Source: Erysipelotrichaceae bacterium (GTDB taxonomy: Bacteria; Bacillota_I; Bacilli_A; Erysipelotrichales; Erysipelotrichaceae). Taken from it: DNA of 64,000 nucleotides. The notes beneath the pieces were generated by a model. That model did not search any database, was not told the origin of the DNA, and worked only from the letters and a program-made list of their open reading frames with translations. The DNA lies in the NCBI GenBank assembly GCA_045539425.1, contig JAZQFH010000013.1:17094-81093 (forward strand), read 5' to 3'. A program made the translations under genes and the position numbers. This document shows, in pieces, positions 34,753 through 44,051 of the stretch (positions within the stretch are counted from its first letter, which is position 1; every line of letters begins with the position of its first letter).

Positions 34753-35418
34753 TTACATTCCGAAGTCGTTCTGATAGCTGACCAGGTTGACACTGATCAC
34801 ACCGCGCACCTGCTGCAGATTGAATAAGACCGCTTCCGTATGATTCAATTTCTCGATTTCATACGTTACTTCCGCAACACCCTTCTCGCTTGTGGACTTG
34901 CTGCGGAGATTCTTGCGGGAAAGACCGGCGAGCGCATCGTTGAGTCTTTCTTCCGCTTCCATGTCATAACGGATGATCAGAAGGTACGGTGTCTTCGCCT
35001 TGGTATCCGTTAAGTAGAATACGTAATAGAGGATACCCAAGAGAAGCGAGCCGACGATGCTGATGAAATAGAGGTTGGCACCGGACATGATACCGGCTGT
35101 GATTGCCCAGAACATGAATGCCGTATCCACCGGGTCCTTAATGGCCGTACGGAAACGGACGATACTGAGGGCACCGACCATGCCGAGAGAGAGTGAGAGG
35201 TTGGAGTTGATGGTACGGATGATCATCGCCGTCACCATGGATAATAAGAGGATGCAAAGCGGCATGCTCTTGTTGTAGACGATACCGTTAAACGTCTTGC
35301 GGTAGATGATGATGATATATACCGATACAATACAACTGACAAGCAGTGACGTCAGGATCATCGGTACACTGACCGGTCCGTTAAACTGTCCTGCGAAAAA
35401 TTCTCTGATCTGTTCCAT
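34753..35418 (-). CDS. DUF4956-family integral membrane protein with a C-terminal soluble domain
   Basis: The ORF-track start at 35424 is a TTG. ATG 35418 has AAAGGGGA 7 nt upstream. About four TM helices plus the signature-like ALSIVRFRTAIKDPVDTAF. Confidence 0.65.
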   Translation of the reverse strand: MEQIREFFAGQFNGPVSVPMILTSLLVSCIVSVYIIIIYRKTFNGIVYNKSMPLCILLLSMVTAMIIRTINSNLSLSLGMVGALSIVRFRTAIKDPVDTAFMFWAITAGIMSGANLYFISIVGSLLLGILYYVFYLTDTKAKTPYLLIIRYDMEAEERLNDALAGLSRKNLRSKSTSEKGVAEVTYEIEKLNHTEAVLFNLQQVRGVISVNLVSYQNDFGM

Positions 35419-35433
35419 AAACAAATCCCCTTT

Positions 35434-36126
35434 CTATTTCATGCTGCGGCAGAGCGCAAACTTGCTGATGGCAACCCGGACTTTCGGGATGCTGTATAAG
35501 ATTTCCAGTATATGCTGCGGAATGAACTCGTTGCATTTGACTTCGAGTACCACAAGGTTTGCCTCCTGAGCCAAAAGCGTTTCAGAGTCAAAATCAAAGA
35601 GGTCCGTGGTATATCTTCCGCTGCGGATATGATAGTCGAATGTGATGCGGACATCACTGACATCATAGATGTATGCGAGGCGGTCATAATCGACGATCAC
35701 ACTCGGTTTCAGGTGATTGGCACTCACTTCTTCCAGAAAGCTGACCAATAGTTCCCTTCTGTCGTTTCCGACTCGGAGTGTCCCGTCGATGAGTCCTTTT
35801 GCTTCTTCCTTGGTGATGGTGCAGTCTTCCTTCCATGTCATGTTATCATCCTTGTGCTTGCACTCCAGTTTGATAAAGGAAGGATCCTGGTTGTAAAGAC
35901 GGATGCGGTATTTCTTGCGGAACTCCACGCCGTCCATCTTTTCCGAAAAAGCTGTTGATAAGTCGTTATCGAAGTAAAGAGAGCGGATGCTGTAGGAGAG
36001 ATCCTCGCTGACGGAATGCTCATCCAGCTGCATCACCATCTTTAACTGCTGTTTCAATAAGAGCGTATGATATTCGCTGAGATAGAACTTCATCTCATAG
36101 CGGTAAGGTTTTCTTCTCTCTACCAT
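35434..36126 (-). CDS. VTC-domain (Vtc4-like polyphosphate polymerase / triphosphate-tunnel fold) protein
   Basis: 230 aa with no TM helix. The basic/acidic beta-strand series YRYEMKF, IRSLYFD, RKKYRIRLY, IKLECKHK and VVLEVK is typical of the tunnel fold. The start overlaps the cotH stop by 7 nt. Confidence 0.65.
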   Translation of the reverse strand: MVERRKPYRYEMKFYLSEYHTLLLKQQLKMVMQLDEHSVSEDLSYSIRSLYFDNDLSTAFSEKMDGVEFRKKYRIRLYNQDPSFIKLECKHKDDNMTWKEDCTITKEEAKGLIDGTLRVGNDRRELLVSFLEEVSANHLKPSVIVDYDRLAYIYDVSDVRITFDYHIRSGRYTTDLFDFDSETLLAQEANLVVLEVKCNEFIPQHILEILYSIPKVRVAISKFALCRSMK

Positions 36127-39014
36127 ATGCCCGGGAACAGCTCCTTCATCCTGCTTTCGGAAAGTCCGAAATAATTCTTGGTGGTATTGAGGAAGTAATC
36201 CGTACGTTTGATCGCAAAGTCACGGAGATACTGCACATTCTCTTCCCACTCTTCCATGGTCAGACCCCATCTCTCCTGATTGCGGTACATCTCAGGAAGA
36301 ATCGTGTCATGGATTTCATTGATCTTGGCAATCACGTTATCGGCATTCCAGATGTTCTGTACCATATAACTCATCCGTTCCAGCCATCTCTCACGGAAGC
36401 GCGGTGAGTTGAAGATGGAGCGGAGAATATCATTTTCAAAGGAGGAAAGTTGTCCGATTCCCCCGGCATTCAGCATATAGCCCCAATAGTAGTCAACGCG
36501 GATATTGTACCAGCCGAGGTCCGTGTCATAGAGGATCCAGCGGAACTTCCCGTCATTGAAATACGGGGAATTCCAGAAACGGCAGTTGACGATATCGTTA
36601 TTGGAGATAAAGGACTCGGAGATCCAGTAATCGATGAAGTTATCGATATCGATCATCTTCGTGAGTTCTTCATAGTATTCATCATTCGACATGGAATGCG
36701 TATTCGCATATTCACGGATCCGGTTGTACGGCGCATAGCTGCCGATGGTGACATCGTAGTCGATCCGCAGGATATTCATGTCATCCTTCGGAATATTGTA
36801 TTTCTCCGAGAAGAATGCCGTATTGATCTTCTCACGGATATTGTATAATCCCCAGTACTGACCGTTGATATAAAGAACGACAATCTTATAATCCTGCACA
36901 TCCACGTTGCTGTTGCCGTTCAATAACTCCGAAGCCAGAATATCGCGCATGTAGGCAACATCCCAGTCATTGGATCCGGTACGCAATACGACGGATTCAT
37001 AGATGCTGTTATCTTCCTTGTCAAAGAGAGGATACTCCAGATACTTCTCTCCCCACTGATCATTGAAACGCAGAGCGTAGGACTTTTTGCGGTGAGAGCG
37101 CGTATTGCCGCCGAAGCAGGCCATCGAACACGGGATAGAAAAAGAGGAGCCGTCTTCATAAAGCTCCGCATAGGCTTCTCTCTCTAAGCCGATCACATTC
37201 GGATTCCAGTTCAGATCATTGAAATAGCTCGGATTGAGAGAAACCGACATCACGGGTAAGGTGTGATGTTCATTGATAATATAGGATGCGCAGTTCATCT
37301 CGCTGGAGAGTGATCCTGCCGCATAGCTTTTGGCCTTAATGACGGAAGTCTCTTTTAAATGCAGCGGAGATTCATAGACCGGATCCGTTTCATCGGGAAT
37401 GGAGCCGTCCGTGGTATAGTGAATCGTACCGTTCGCAAATAATTCGACAACCACTTCCTCCACGTCATCATAAACACCCGGATTTGCCGAGTATTCCACC
37501 GGGGACTGCATGGAGCGCACTCCCGTTCCGTTTCCGTAAAGTGGTGTCGGGGTGTCAAAATAGAAGAATCCTTCGCTTTCTCCCCTGCCGTAACTGTAAC
37601 CGTAAGGCAGATCCGCATAGGCAACGGAATCCGCAATCTCATCGTTGTGATACAGATAGACATTGTCGACTTCGGAAAGCTTGAATCCGACATGCTGATA
37701 AGTCTGATTGGATAAAAGCGTATTGCCGGAGCACATGACAACATAGTATCCGTATGGCGGTAAACTGACATCGTTCAATGTATAGCACATCTGGGAATCG
37801 GTATTCTGATTCAGTGAGTATTCACTCAGCTGAATGGATTCCGAAGAGTTGTTGTACAACTCGATCCAGTCATAGGTCCTGTTACCGTTCTGCTCTAAAT
37901 AAGTGTCGTTCTGGGACATGAGTTCATTAATGACAAGTCCTGTCGGCATCGTAAGATATTTCTTCTGGAATGCCGCGATACCGTCCGGTGTATTCTCTTC
38001 TCCCATGGAGATTAAGGAACTGACGGAGTAGGATCCGTCATTATTACGGATTTCCGCCATGCCGCCGGAGAGGTTTTCATACACGTGGCGGTCGACGATC
38101 TTCCCGTTACGGGAAAGGATGATCGTACCGTTGCGGGAAGAGAGATTTCTTCCCAGATAACCTTCCATGACGCGGTTGCCGATATAGAAGGAAATCACTT
38201 CTCCGCTATAGAGATCTCTTTCAGGCAAATTGATTAAGAACGGCGTTGCCTCGCTGTCGCTGAAGACATATTCGCCAAGGTGTACCGTATGATCGGAAAC
38301 ATTCTTGAATTCAACGAAACCGTCATAATAACCGTATTCGTTTTTAAAGTTACCGTTATTGCGGATCAGGATCTCATTGATCACAAGTTCCGCTTCTTCC
38401 GCTGTCTCTAAGGAATTGAGATAGCTTCTGAGACCGTCCGCATTATTCGGATAGCCCGGTGTTCCATAAGAGGAAACACCCCAGGTTCCGCTGTTCTCGC
38501 GGACCATGCTTTCATTCTTGGTTAAGGCCACCGTTTCACATGCATCGATGATCTTTCCGGAAGGATTGAGCAGGATCACGTTTTCCCCGCCTTTCGAACT
38601 TAAGGCAAACGGAGCATTCATCTCCCCGCCCAGCTTTCCGCTTAAGGAAACGACTAGATAGCCGTGAGACGGAATCGTGACATCCGGGAAGGTCCATTTG
38701 ATGGTATCTTTGCGGTCACTTAAGGCATATCCGTTCAAACGGATTTCCTTTTCCGTGCCGTTATATAATTCGAGATAATCGCAGATCTCATTTGTTTCAC
38801 TGACAAAAACACCGCCGTTATTGCTCATGAGTTCGGAGATGATCAGCTTATGAATATCACTGTAGGAAGTATCCGCCGTATCATCTTCCGGTACGGGCAT
38901 GCTGTCCTGCTTCGGGAATAAAAGACTTAAAGCTACGATAATGGCCAAAAGAACTCCTGATAGAAGAAGGAATAGAACGTCCGGTTTTTTGCGTGTTTTT
39001 CTCTGTTTAGACAT
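36120..39014 (-). CDS. membrane-anchored extracytoplasmic CotH-family kinase-like protein with lamin-tail-like and Fn3-associated-like domains
   Basis: 964 aa. Signal anchor KKPDVLFLLLSGVLLAIIVALSLL. Repeated ISELMS/INELMS..DWIELYN modules (LTD-like). IHYTTDGSIPDETDPVY. CotH-type core FIDYWISESFISNNDIVNCRFW..FRWILYDTDLGW. Confidence 0.75.
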   Translation of the reverse strand: MSKQRKTRKKPDVLFLLLSGVLLAIIVALSLLFPKQDSMPVPEDDTADTSYSDIHKLIISELMSNNGGVFVSETNEICDYLELYNGTEKEIRLNGYALSDRKDTIKWTFPDVTIPSHGYLVVSLSGKLGGEMNAPFALSSKGGENVILLNPSGKIIDACETVALTKNESMVRENSGTWGVSSYGTPGYPNNADGLRSYLNSLETAEEAELVINEILIRNNGNFKNEYGYYDGFVEFKNVSDHTVHLGEYVFSDSEATPFLINLPERDLYSGEVISFYIGNRVMEGYLGRNLSSRNGTIILSRNGKIVDRHVYENLSGGMAEIRNNDGSYSVSSLISMGEENTPDGIAAFQKKYLTMPTGLVINELMSQNDTYLEQNGNRTYDWIELYNNSSESIQLSEYSLNQNTDSQMCYTLNDVSLPPYGYYVVMCSGNTLLSNQTYQHVGFKLSEVDNVYLYHNDEIADSVAYADLPYGYSYGRGESEGFFYFDTPTPLYGNGTGVRSMQSPVEYSANPGVYDDVEEVVVELFANGTIHYTTDGSIPDETDPVYESPLHLKETSVIKAKSYAAGSLSSEMNCASYIINEHHTLPVMSVSLNPSYFNDLNWNPNVIGLEREAYAELYEDGSSFSIPCSMACFGGNTRSHRKKSYALRFNDQWGEKYLEYPLFDKEDNSIYESVVLRTGSNDWDVAYMRDILASELLNGNSNVDVQDYKIVVLYINGQYWGLYNIREKINTAFFSEKYNIPKDDMNILRIDYDVTIGSYAPYNRIREYANTHSMSNDEYYEELTKMIDIDNFIDYWISESFISNNDIVNCRFWNSPYFNDGKFRWILYDTDLGWYNIRVDYYWGYMLNAGGIGQLSSFENDILRSIFNSPRFRERWLERMSYMVQNIWNADNVIAKINEIHDTILPEMYRNQERWGLTMEEWEENVQYLRDFAIKRTDYFLNTTKNYFGLSESRMKELFPGIW

Positions 39015-39023
39015 ATCTATGAA

Positions 39024-39032
39024 ATTATATCA
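39024..39032 (-). promoter_or_regulatory. extended -10 element 9 nt upstream of the cotH start codon
   Basis: Minus-strand TGATATAAT (39032-39024), then TTCATAGAT, then ATG 39014. No SD. Confidence 0.45.
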
Positions 39033-39070
39033 TTTTCTGCGGGATTGTGTGAAAACATATTCATAATTAT

Positions 39071-39100
39071 GAAAAAGAAAACCTGTCAGAGACAGGTTTC
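39071..39100 (-). terminator. intrinsic terminator after the small DUF2007-like gene
   Basis: AAACCTGTC (39079-39087) pairs with GACAGGTTT (39091-39099). On the minus strand it is followed by TCTTTTTC. Confidence 0.7.
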
Positions 39101-39102
39101 AC

Positions 39103-39384
39103 TTACAGCAATTCATTCAGCAGGCGGTTCGCTTTTTCCAGGTCTTTCTTTTTCACATAGATCACATAGACATAGTTCATGTCATGATCTACAAAGGAAG
39201 AAGACATTCCCCCGTTATATTTCCCGTAATTCATACGGTAATGCAGGTTTCTGCCGAAAGTGGTCTTGTTCCGTAATGTCTTCATCTCATAGGGAATCCC
39301 GTTTTTTCTTAAGAGCGAATAGACTTTCGCTGCTTCTTCCGCAGAGGAATCTTTCATTAATACCGTACGGTTCAAAAAGTTCAT
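39103..39384 (-). CDS. small hypothetical protein (possibly DUF2007-like)
   Basis: Start trimmed to ATG 39384 (MNFLNRTVLM), which has GAAAGGAGA upstream. The longer ORF would overlap the phosphoglucomutase 3' end. Confidence 0.5.
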   Translation of the reverse strand: MNFLNRTVLMKDSSAEEAAKVYSLLRKNGIPYEMKTLRNKTTFGRNLHYRMNYGKYNGGMSSSFVDHDMNYVYVIYVKKKDLEKANRLLNELL

Positions 39385-39439
39385 TTGATATCTCCTTTCT
39401 TTTTTTGGAAAATAGCCTGCAAGGCAGACTCTTATCTGT

Positions 39440-41134
39440 TTATTCGACGGATGTGACGATACGGAAGACATCTTCGCGGATCAGCTGATTCGTTCTGAGA
39501 GCTTCTTCCCTGCTGTTCTGGTCCGTATAGAAATAGAATTTGATCTTCGGTTCCGTTCCGCTCGGACGGATGGCAAACCAGCTGTTGTTATCCAGATAGA
39601 AGCGCAGCACATTGCTTGCCGGAATATCTTCATAACCGTTGATGTAGTCGATGACCTTGACAACTTTCGCTCCGGCGATTTCCGTCGGGAGATTTGCCCG
39701 GACATAGCTCATCATCCGTTTGATTCTGTCGGCGCCTTCGATTCCTTCCAGAATGATATTCGGTTCATCTTCCGCATAATGACCGTATCTGTCATACAGT
39801 TCATTTAATACGTTCCAGAGTGTTTTCCCCTGCTTGCGGTAATAGGCAGCTGCTTCCGCTACCAGCATACCGGCAGAGATGCCGTCCTTATCACGGATCG
39901 TCGGACATGCGGCGTAGCCGACGGACTCCTCATAACCGAACAGGATCGTATATCCCTGCTCAATTAAGGCCGGATATCTTCCGCAGATGTTCTTAAATCC
40001 CGTCAGACTTTCAAACATCTTCACGCCATAGGCTTCCGCCATTTCCGTACTCATGGTACTTGTGACGATGGATTTGACCATGGCACCTTTTTCAGGAAGC
40101 GTTCCCGCATCCTTATGGCCTTCCAGGATATAGTTGACTAAGAGATAACCGGTCTGGTTACCATTTAATGGAATATAGTTACCTTCATCATCGCGGATCT
40201 CAATCGCGAAGCGGTCACCGTCCGGGTCGCACGCCATTAAGAGTTCGGCACCGAATTTTCTGCCCAGCTCTTCGCTCTTGCGGAATGCTTTCGGATCTTC
40301 CGGGTTCGGATAACCGACAGATGTAAAGTCCGGGTCCGGTTCTCTCTGAATTTCCACGAACTTCCAGTTCTTGAATCCGCGGTCATTGAGCATTGTCGCA
40401 AACGGGATGGATGCGGCACCGTTGAGCGGTGTGAAGACAAGCGGAATATTGAGGTCGAGCTCATCCCCGTGGTGAATGGCCATGCTTTCGACAAGGTCCA
40501 GATATTCACGGTCATATTCCGGACCGAGAACCACGATCTTTCCTTCCTTGACGCCTTCTTCAAAGTCGCTGGTGATGACATCCTTGAATGCGTCGACCGC
40601 ATTGATCTTTTCCGTCATGCCGTCCGCAATCTTGCTGGAAACCTGGCAGCCGTCTTCCCAGTATGCCTTATAACCGTTATATGCCTGCGGGTTATGAGAT
40701 GCCGTGATGTTGATACCGGCAATGCAGTTTAAGCGCGTTACGCTCCATGCCAATTGCGGCGTAGGACGCAGTGACGGATAAACATATGCCTTGATTCCAT
40801 TTGCGGCTAAGATGCCGGCAGTAAACTGAGAGAATTCATGAGAGAAGTGTCTTGGGTCATGGGCAATGACGACACCGCGCTTACATGCCTCTTCGCCATG
40901 CTCTTTAATAAAATCGGCAATTCCCTGCGTCGCCTTGCCGACCGTGAAATAGTTCATGCGGTTGGTTCCGGCTCCGACGATTCCACGCAGACCTGCCGTT
41001 CCAAAGGACAGATCCTGATAGAAACGTTCTTTTATTTCATTATCATCATCTTTGATTGCAATCAGTTCCGCTCTTAAAGGATCATCTTCTTTCAGAGAAT
41101 CCAGCCAGAGCTGATATCTTTCCATATAATTCAT
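39440..41134 (-). CDS. alpha-D-phosphohexomutase (phosphoglucomutase/phosphomannomutase)
   Basis: 564 aa. Motifs FGTAGLRG, active-site TASHNP, and GDGDRF-like CDPDGDRFA. GGAGG lies 6 nt upstream. Confidence 0.9.
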   Translation of the reverse strand: MNYMERYQLWLDSLKEDDPLRAELIAIKDDDNEIKERFYQDLSFGTAGLRGIVGAGTNRMNYFTVGKATQGIADFIKEHGEEACKRGVVIAHDPRHFSHEFSQFTAGILAANGIKAYVYPSLRPTPQLAWSVTRLNCIAGINITASHNPQAYNGYKAYWEDGCQVSSKIADGMTEKINAVDAFKDVITSDFEEGVKEGKIVVLGPEYDREYLDLVESMAIHHGDELDLNIPLVFTPLNGAASIPFATMLNDRGFKNWKFVEIQREPDPDFTSVGYPNPEDPKAFRKSEELGRKFGAELLMACDPDGDRFAIEIRDDEGNYIPLNGNQTGYLLVNYILEGHKDAGTLPEKGAMVKSIVTSTMSTEMAEAYGVKMFESLTGFKNICGRYPALIEQGYTILFGYEESVGYAACPTIRDKDGISAGMLVAEAAAYYRKQGKTLWNVLNELYDRYGHYAEDEPNIILEGIEGADRIKRMMSYVRANLPTEIAGAKVVKVIDYINGYEDIPASNVLRFYLDNNSWFAIRPSGTEPKIKFYFYTDQNSREEALRTNQLIREDVFRIVTSVE

Positions 41135-41159
41135 GATTTGCCTCCAATATTATGATTCT

Positions 41160-41189
41160 ATTTTACTACGTTCCTCCTTTTTTCAGCAA
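41160..41189 (-). promoter_or_regulatory. candidate promoter of the phosphoglucomutase gene
   Basis: On the minus strand: TTGCTG (41189-41184), 18-nt spacer, TAAAAT (41165-41160). Confidence 0.35.
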
Positions 41190-41307
41190 CTCCCCCAAAA
41201 TGAGACTTTCCGTCTGACAAAATATCTTAAAGGTAAAAGAAAAAGCAGAATTCAGGAATCTGTACCATTTAATGTACTGGTTTTCTCTGTTTTCTGCTTA
41301 TGTTTCT

Positions 41308-41658
41308 TTATTCTTCCGGAATGTTCAGGTCTTTCAGAATGGAATCAATGCGGTTTCCCGTTTCCAGGGATTCATCTTTCAAAAAGACGATATCCGGGCA
41401 TTTATAGGTGGAAAGTCGCTTGGCAAGCGTGGAACGGATGAAGCCTTTGGCTTTCCTGAGGCTTTCGATATCCTCTTCAATGCGTTCCTTCTTATCCAGA
41501 ATGCTGAAATAGACTTTGGCAATGCTGAGATCGTTATTGACTTCCACGTCCGTGATCGTCACTAAGCCGACCTTGCGTTCTTTCATATCGAACTGGATGA
41601 TATTGCTGACTTCCTTGCGGATCAGTTCGGCAAGATGTTCGTTCTTAACCTTTTTCAT
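41308..41658 (-). CDS. rbfA: ribosome-binding factor A
   Basis: Start trimmed to ATG 41658 ([21 protein letters not shown]), forming a TAATG overlap with the infB stop. Confidence 0.9.
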   Translation of the reverse strand: MKKVKNEHLAELIRKEVSNIIQFDMKERKVGLVTITDVEVNNDLSIAKVYFSILDKKERIEEDIESLRKAKGFIRSTLAKRLSTYKCPDIVFLKDESLETGNRIDSILKDLNIPEE

Positions 41659-43478
41659 TACTGGATGGGGACCTCCTCTTCGCCATAGGCTTCGATGTAG
41701 TCTCCTTCCTTGATGTCGTTGAAGTTTGCAATCGTTAAGCCGCATTCATACCCGGCGATAACTTCCTTGGCGTCGTTTTCAAAGCGGCGTAAGCTTCCGA
41801 GTTTTCCATCGTATACCACGATACCGTTACGGATCAGACGTACTCTGCAGTCTCTGACAATCTTGCCTTCCGTTACATAGCATCCGGCAATCGTACCGAC
41901 CTTGGAAACCTTGAAGAGCTGACGGACTTCCGCCATACCCAGCGTGACTTCCTCATAGACCGGTGCCAGCATACCCTTCATGGCCGCTTCCATCTCTTCC
42001 ACCAGCTTATAGATGATGTTATGCAGACGGATCTCAACCTTTTCATCGGCTGCTTTCTTACGGACGTTGGAATCCGGACGGACGTTGAATCCGTAGATGA
42101 TGGCATGGGAGGCATTCGCCAGCATGACATCGCTTTCGGAGATTGCTCCGGCAGTGGAACGGATGACATTGACTTTGACACCATCTACCTGGATCTTCTC
42201 CAGAGAAGATTTCACGGCTTCCGCGGAACCCGTAACGTCTGCCTTGATGATGACCGGAATCTCCTGTACTTCACCGGCTTCGATCTGCGCTGCCATATCC
42301 GCCAGTGTTAAGGCACTGGTTGTACGGCGTTCGCTTTCGATCTTCGCCTGGGCTCTGCGTTCCGCGATCGCTCTGGCCTGACGCTCATTGCGATAGGCTT
42401 TGAATAAGTCACCGGCAACCGGGACATCGTTTAAGCCGATGATCTCGACCGGTGTGGAAGGAAGTGCTTCCTTGATCTCTCTTCCGACATCATCCGTCAT
42501 CTTACGGATCTTGCCGAAGCAGGCGCCGACAACAACCGGATCGCCGTTATGGAGGGTACCGTTCTGGACAAGAAGTGTCGCGACCGGTCCTCTTCCCTTA
42601 TCCAGTTTCGCTTCAATCACCGTTCCGCTGGCTGTACGCTTCGGATTGGCTTTGAGCTGCTGAACTTCACTGACGACCTGGATCGTCTCAAGTAAATCCT
42701 TGACACCCATTCCGGTCTTGGCAGAGATCTTGACGAAGATCGTATCTCCGCCCCACTCTTCCGGTAAGAGGCCGAGGTCAGCCATATCATTCATGATACG
42801 GTCCGGATTCACGTTCGGTTTATCCATCTTGTTGACGGCAACGATGATCGGACATCCCGCTGCCTTGGCATGGTCGACGGCTTCGAGCGTCTGCGGCATG
42901 ACACCGTCATCCGCGGCAACCACGATAATGACAAGGTCAGTTACCTTCGCACCTCTGGCACGCATGGCCGTAAAGGCTTCGTGACCCGGTGTATCCAGGA
43001 ATGTGATTTTCTTGCCGTTCAGGGATACCTGATAGGCACCGATATGCTGCGTGATGCCGCCGAATTCGCTGGCTGTCACGTGTGTTTTACGGATGTTATC
43101 CAGTAATGTTGTCTTACCATGGTCAACATGTCCCATGATCGTAACAATGCACGGACGTTCGATGAGATCTTCTTCTCTATCGACTTCCGTATCTTCCAGA
43201 CTGTCAGGATCCACCACTTCTTCTTTGGTGAAGTTGCAGTTGAATTCCATACAGATGAGTCCCACCGACTCGTCATCCAGCGGTGAGTTGATCGTAACCA
43301 TTTTACCCAGCATGAACAGCACCTTGATGATGTCGCTGGAGTTTCTTTCCAATTTTTCTGCTAATTGACCGACAGTGATACCTTCCTGATAAGTGATTTC
43401 CGTCGGATAGTTGGTTCTCCTAGTAAAACCAGAATTCGGTCTGTTTGGTTTCTTATGTTTGTTATTTGGTTTTGCCAT
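41658..43478 (-). CDS. infB: translation initiation factor IF-2 (short N-terminal region)
   Basis: 606 aa. G domain [28 protein letters not shown]. Confidence 0.95.
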   Translation of the reverse strand: MAKPNNKHKKPNRPNSGFTRRTNYPTEITYQEGITVGQLAEKLERNSSDIIKVLFMLGKMVTINSPLDDESVGLICMEFNCNFTKEEVVDPDSLEDTEVDREEDLIERPCIVTIMGHVDHGKTTLLDNIRKTHVTASEFGGITQHIGAYQVSLNGKKITFLDTPGHEAFTAMRARGAKVTDLVIIVVAADDGVMPQTLEAVDHAKAAGCPIIVAVNKMDKPNVNPDRIMNDMADLGLLPEEWGGDTIFVKISAKTGMGVKDLLETIQVVSEVQQLKANPKRTASGTVIEAKLDKGRGPVATLLVQNGTLHNGDPVVVGACFGKIRKMTDDVGREIKEALPSTPVEIIGLNDVPVAGDLFKAYRNERQARAIAERRAQAKIESERRTTSALTLADMAAQIEAGEVQEIPVIIKADVTGSAEAVKSSLEKIQVDGVKVNVIRSTAGAISESDVMLANASHAIIYGFNVRPDSNVRKKAADEKVEIRLHNIIYKLVEEMEAAMKGMLAPVYEEVTLGMAEVRQLFKVSKVGTIAGCYVTEGKIVRDCRVRLIRNGIVVYDGKLGSLRRFENDAKEVIAGYECGLTIANFNDIKEGDYIEAYGEEEVPIQ

Positions 43479-43786
43479 TAGTCCACCTCATTTCTAGTAA
43501 GCGTCTCTATGATGGCTTTGGAAAGGTTGCCGTCATTGACGCAGACACTTTTAATATTGCTTTTCCCGATTGCCCGGGAGATTTCTGTTGCCTGATATTT
43601 CACAAAGAACGGAATTTGATAGAAGCTGCATTTGTCTGTGATCTGCTTTTTCGAACGTTCGGACGCATCAGCGGCGATGAGAACCACCTGGCATTTTTTA
43701 TGCCGGATGGCCTCCATCATCACTTCACCGTAACTGATCTGATTCGCCCGTTTTGCGATTCCGAGAAGACTGAGTGCCTTATCCAC
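43478..43786 (-). CDS. L7Ae-family RNA-binding protein (YlxQ-type)
   Basis: 102 aa. Sits in the conserved slot between ylxR and infB. TAATG overlap with infB. Confidence 0.8.
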   Translation of the reverse strand: MDKALSLLGIAKRANQISYGEVMMEAIRHKKCQVVLIAADASERSKKQITDKCSFYQIPFFVKYQATEISRAIGKSNIKSVCVNDGNLSKAIIETLTRNEVD

Positions 43787-44051
43787 GGAACATCTCCGTA
43801 AGTTTTGCGTAGATTTCTTCCGGGATGTCGGCTTCGAGTGCCTTGGAAAGTGCTCCGGTCTTTCTTGCCAGATTCACGGCATCCACACTCTTTCTGAGAT
43901 AGGCGCCGCGTCCGTTTGCCTTGCCGGTTTCATCGATCAGAATCTGTCCTTCCGGAGATCTGACGATGCGGATCAGTTCCTTTTTGGGGAAGCGTTCCTG
44001 CGTGGCAACGCACTTTCGCATCGGTACTTTTTTAAGCGTTGTAACTGCCAT
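43779..44051 (-). CDS. YlxR-family (DUF448) RNA-binding protein
   Basis: 90 aa. Motif PMRKCVATQERFPKKELIRIV..GRGAYL. TAATG overlap with the nusA stop. Confidence 0.85.
   Translation of the reverse strand: MAVTTLKKVPMRKCVATQERFPKKELIRIVRSPEGQILIDETGKANGRGAYLRKSVDAVNLARKTGALSKALEADIPEEIYAKLTEMFRG

Noticed and set aside
41236-41300. A possible long imperfect terminator downstream of rbfA (AAGCAGAA ... TTCTGCTT followed by TTTTTCTTTT)
   Set aside because: Only the outer 8 bp pair cleanly, and the roughly 42-nt interior pairs poorly. It is plausible, but I cannot support it as a confident feature without folding energy calculations.
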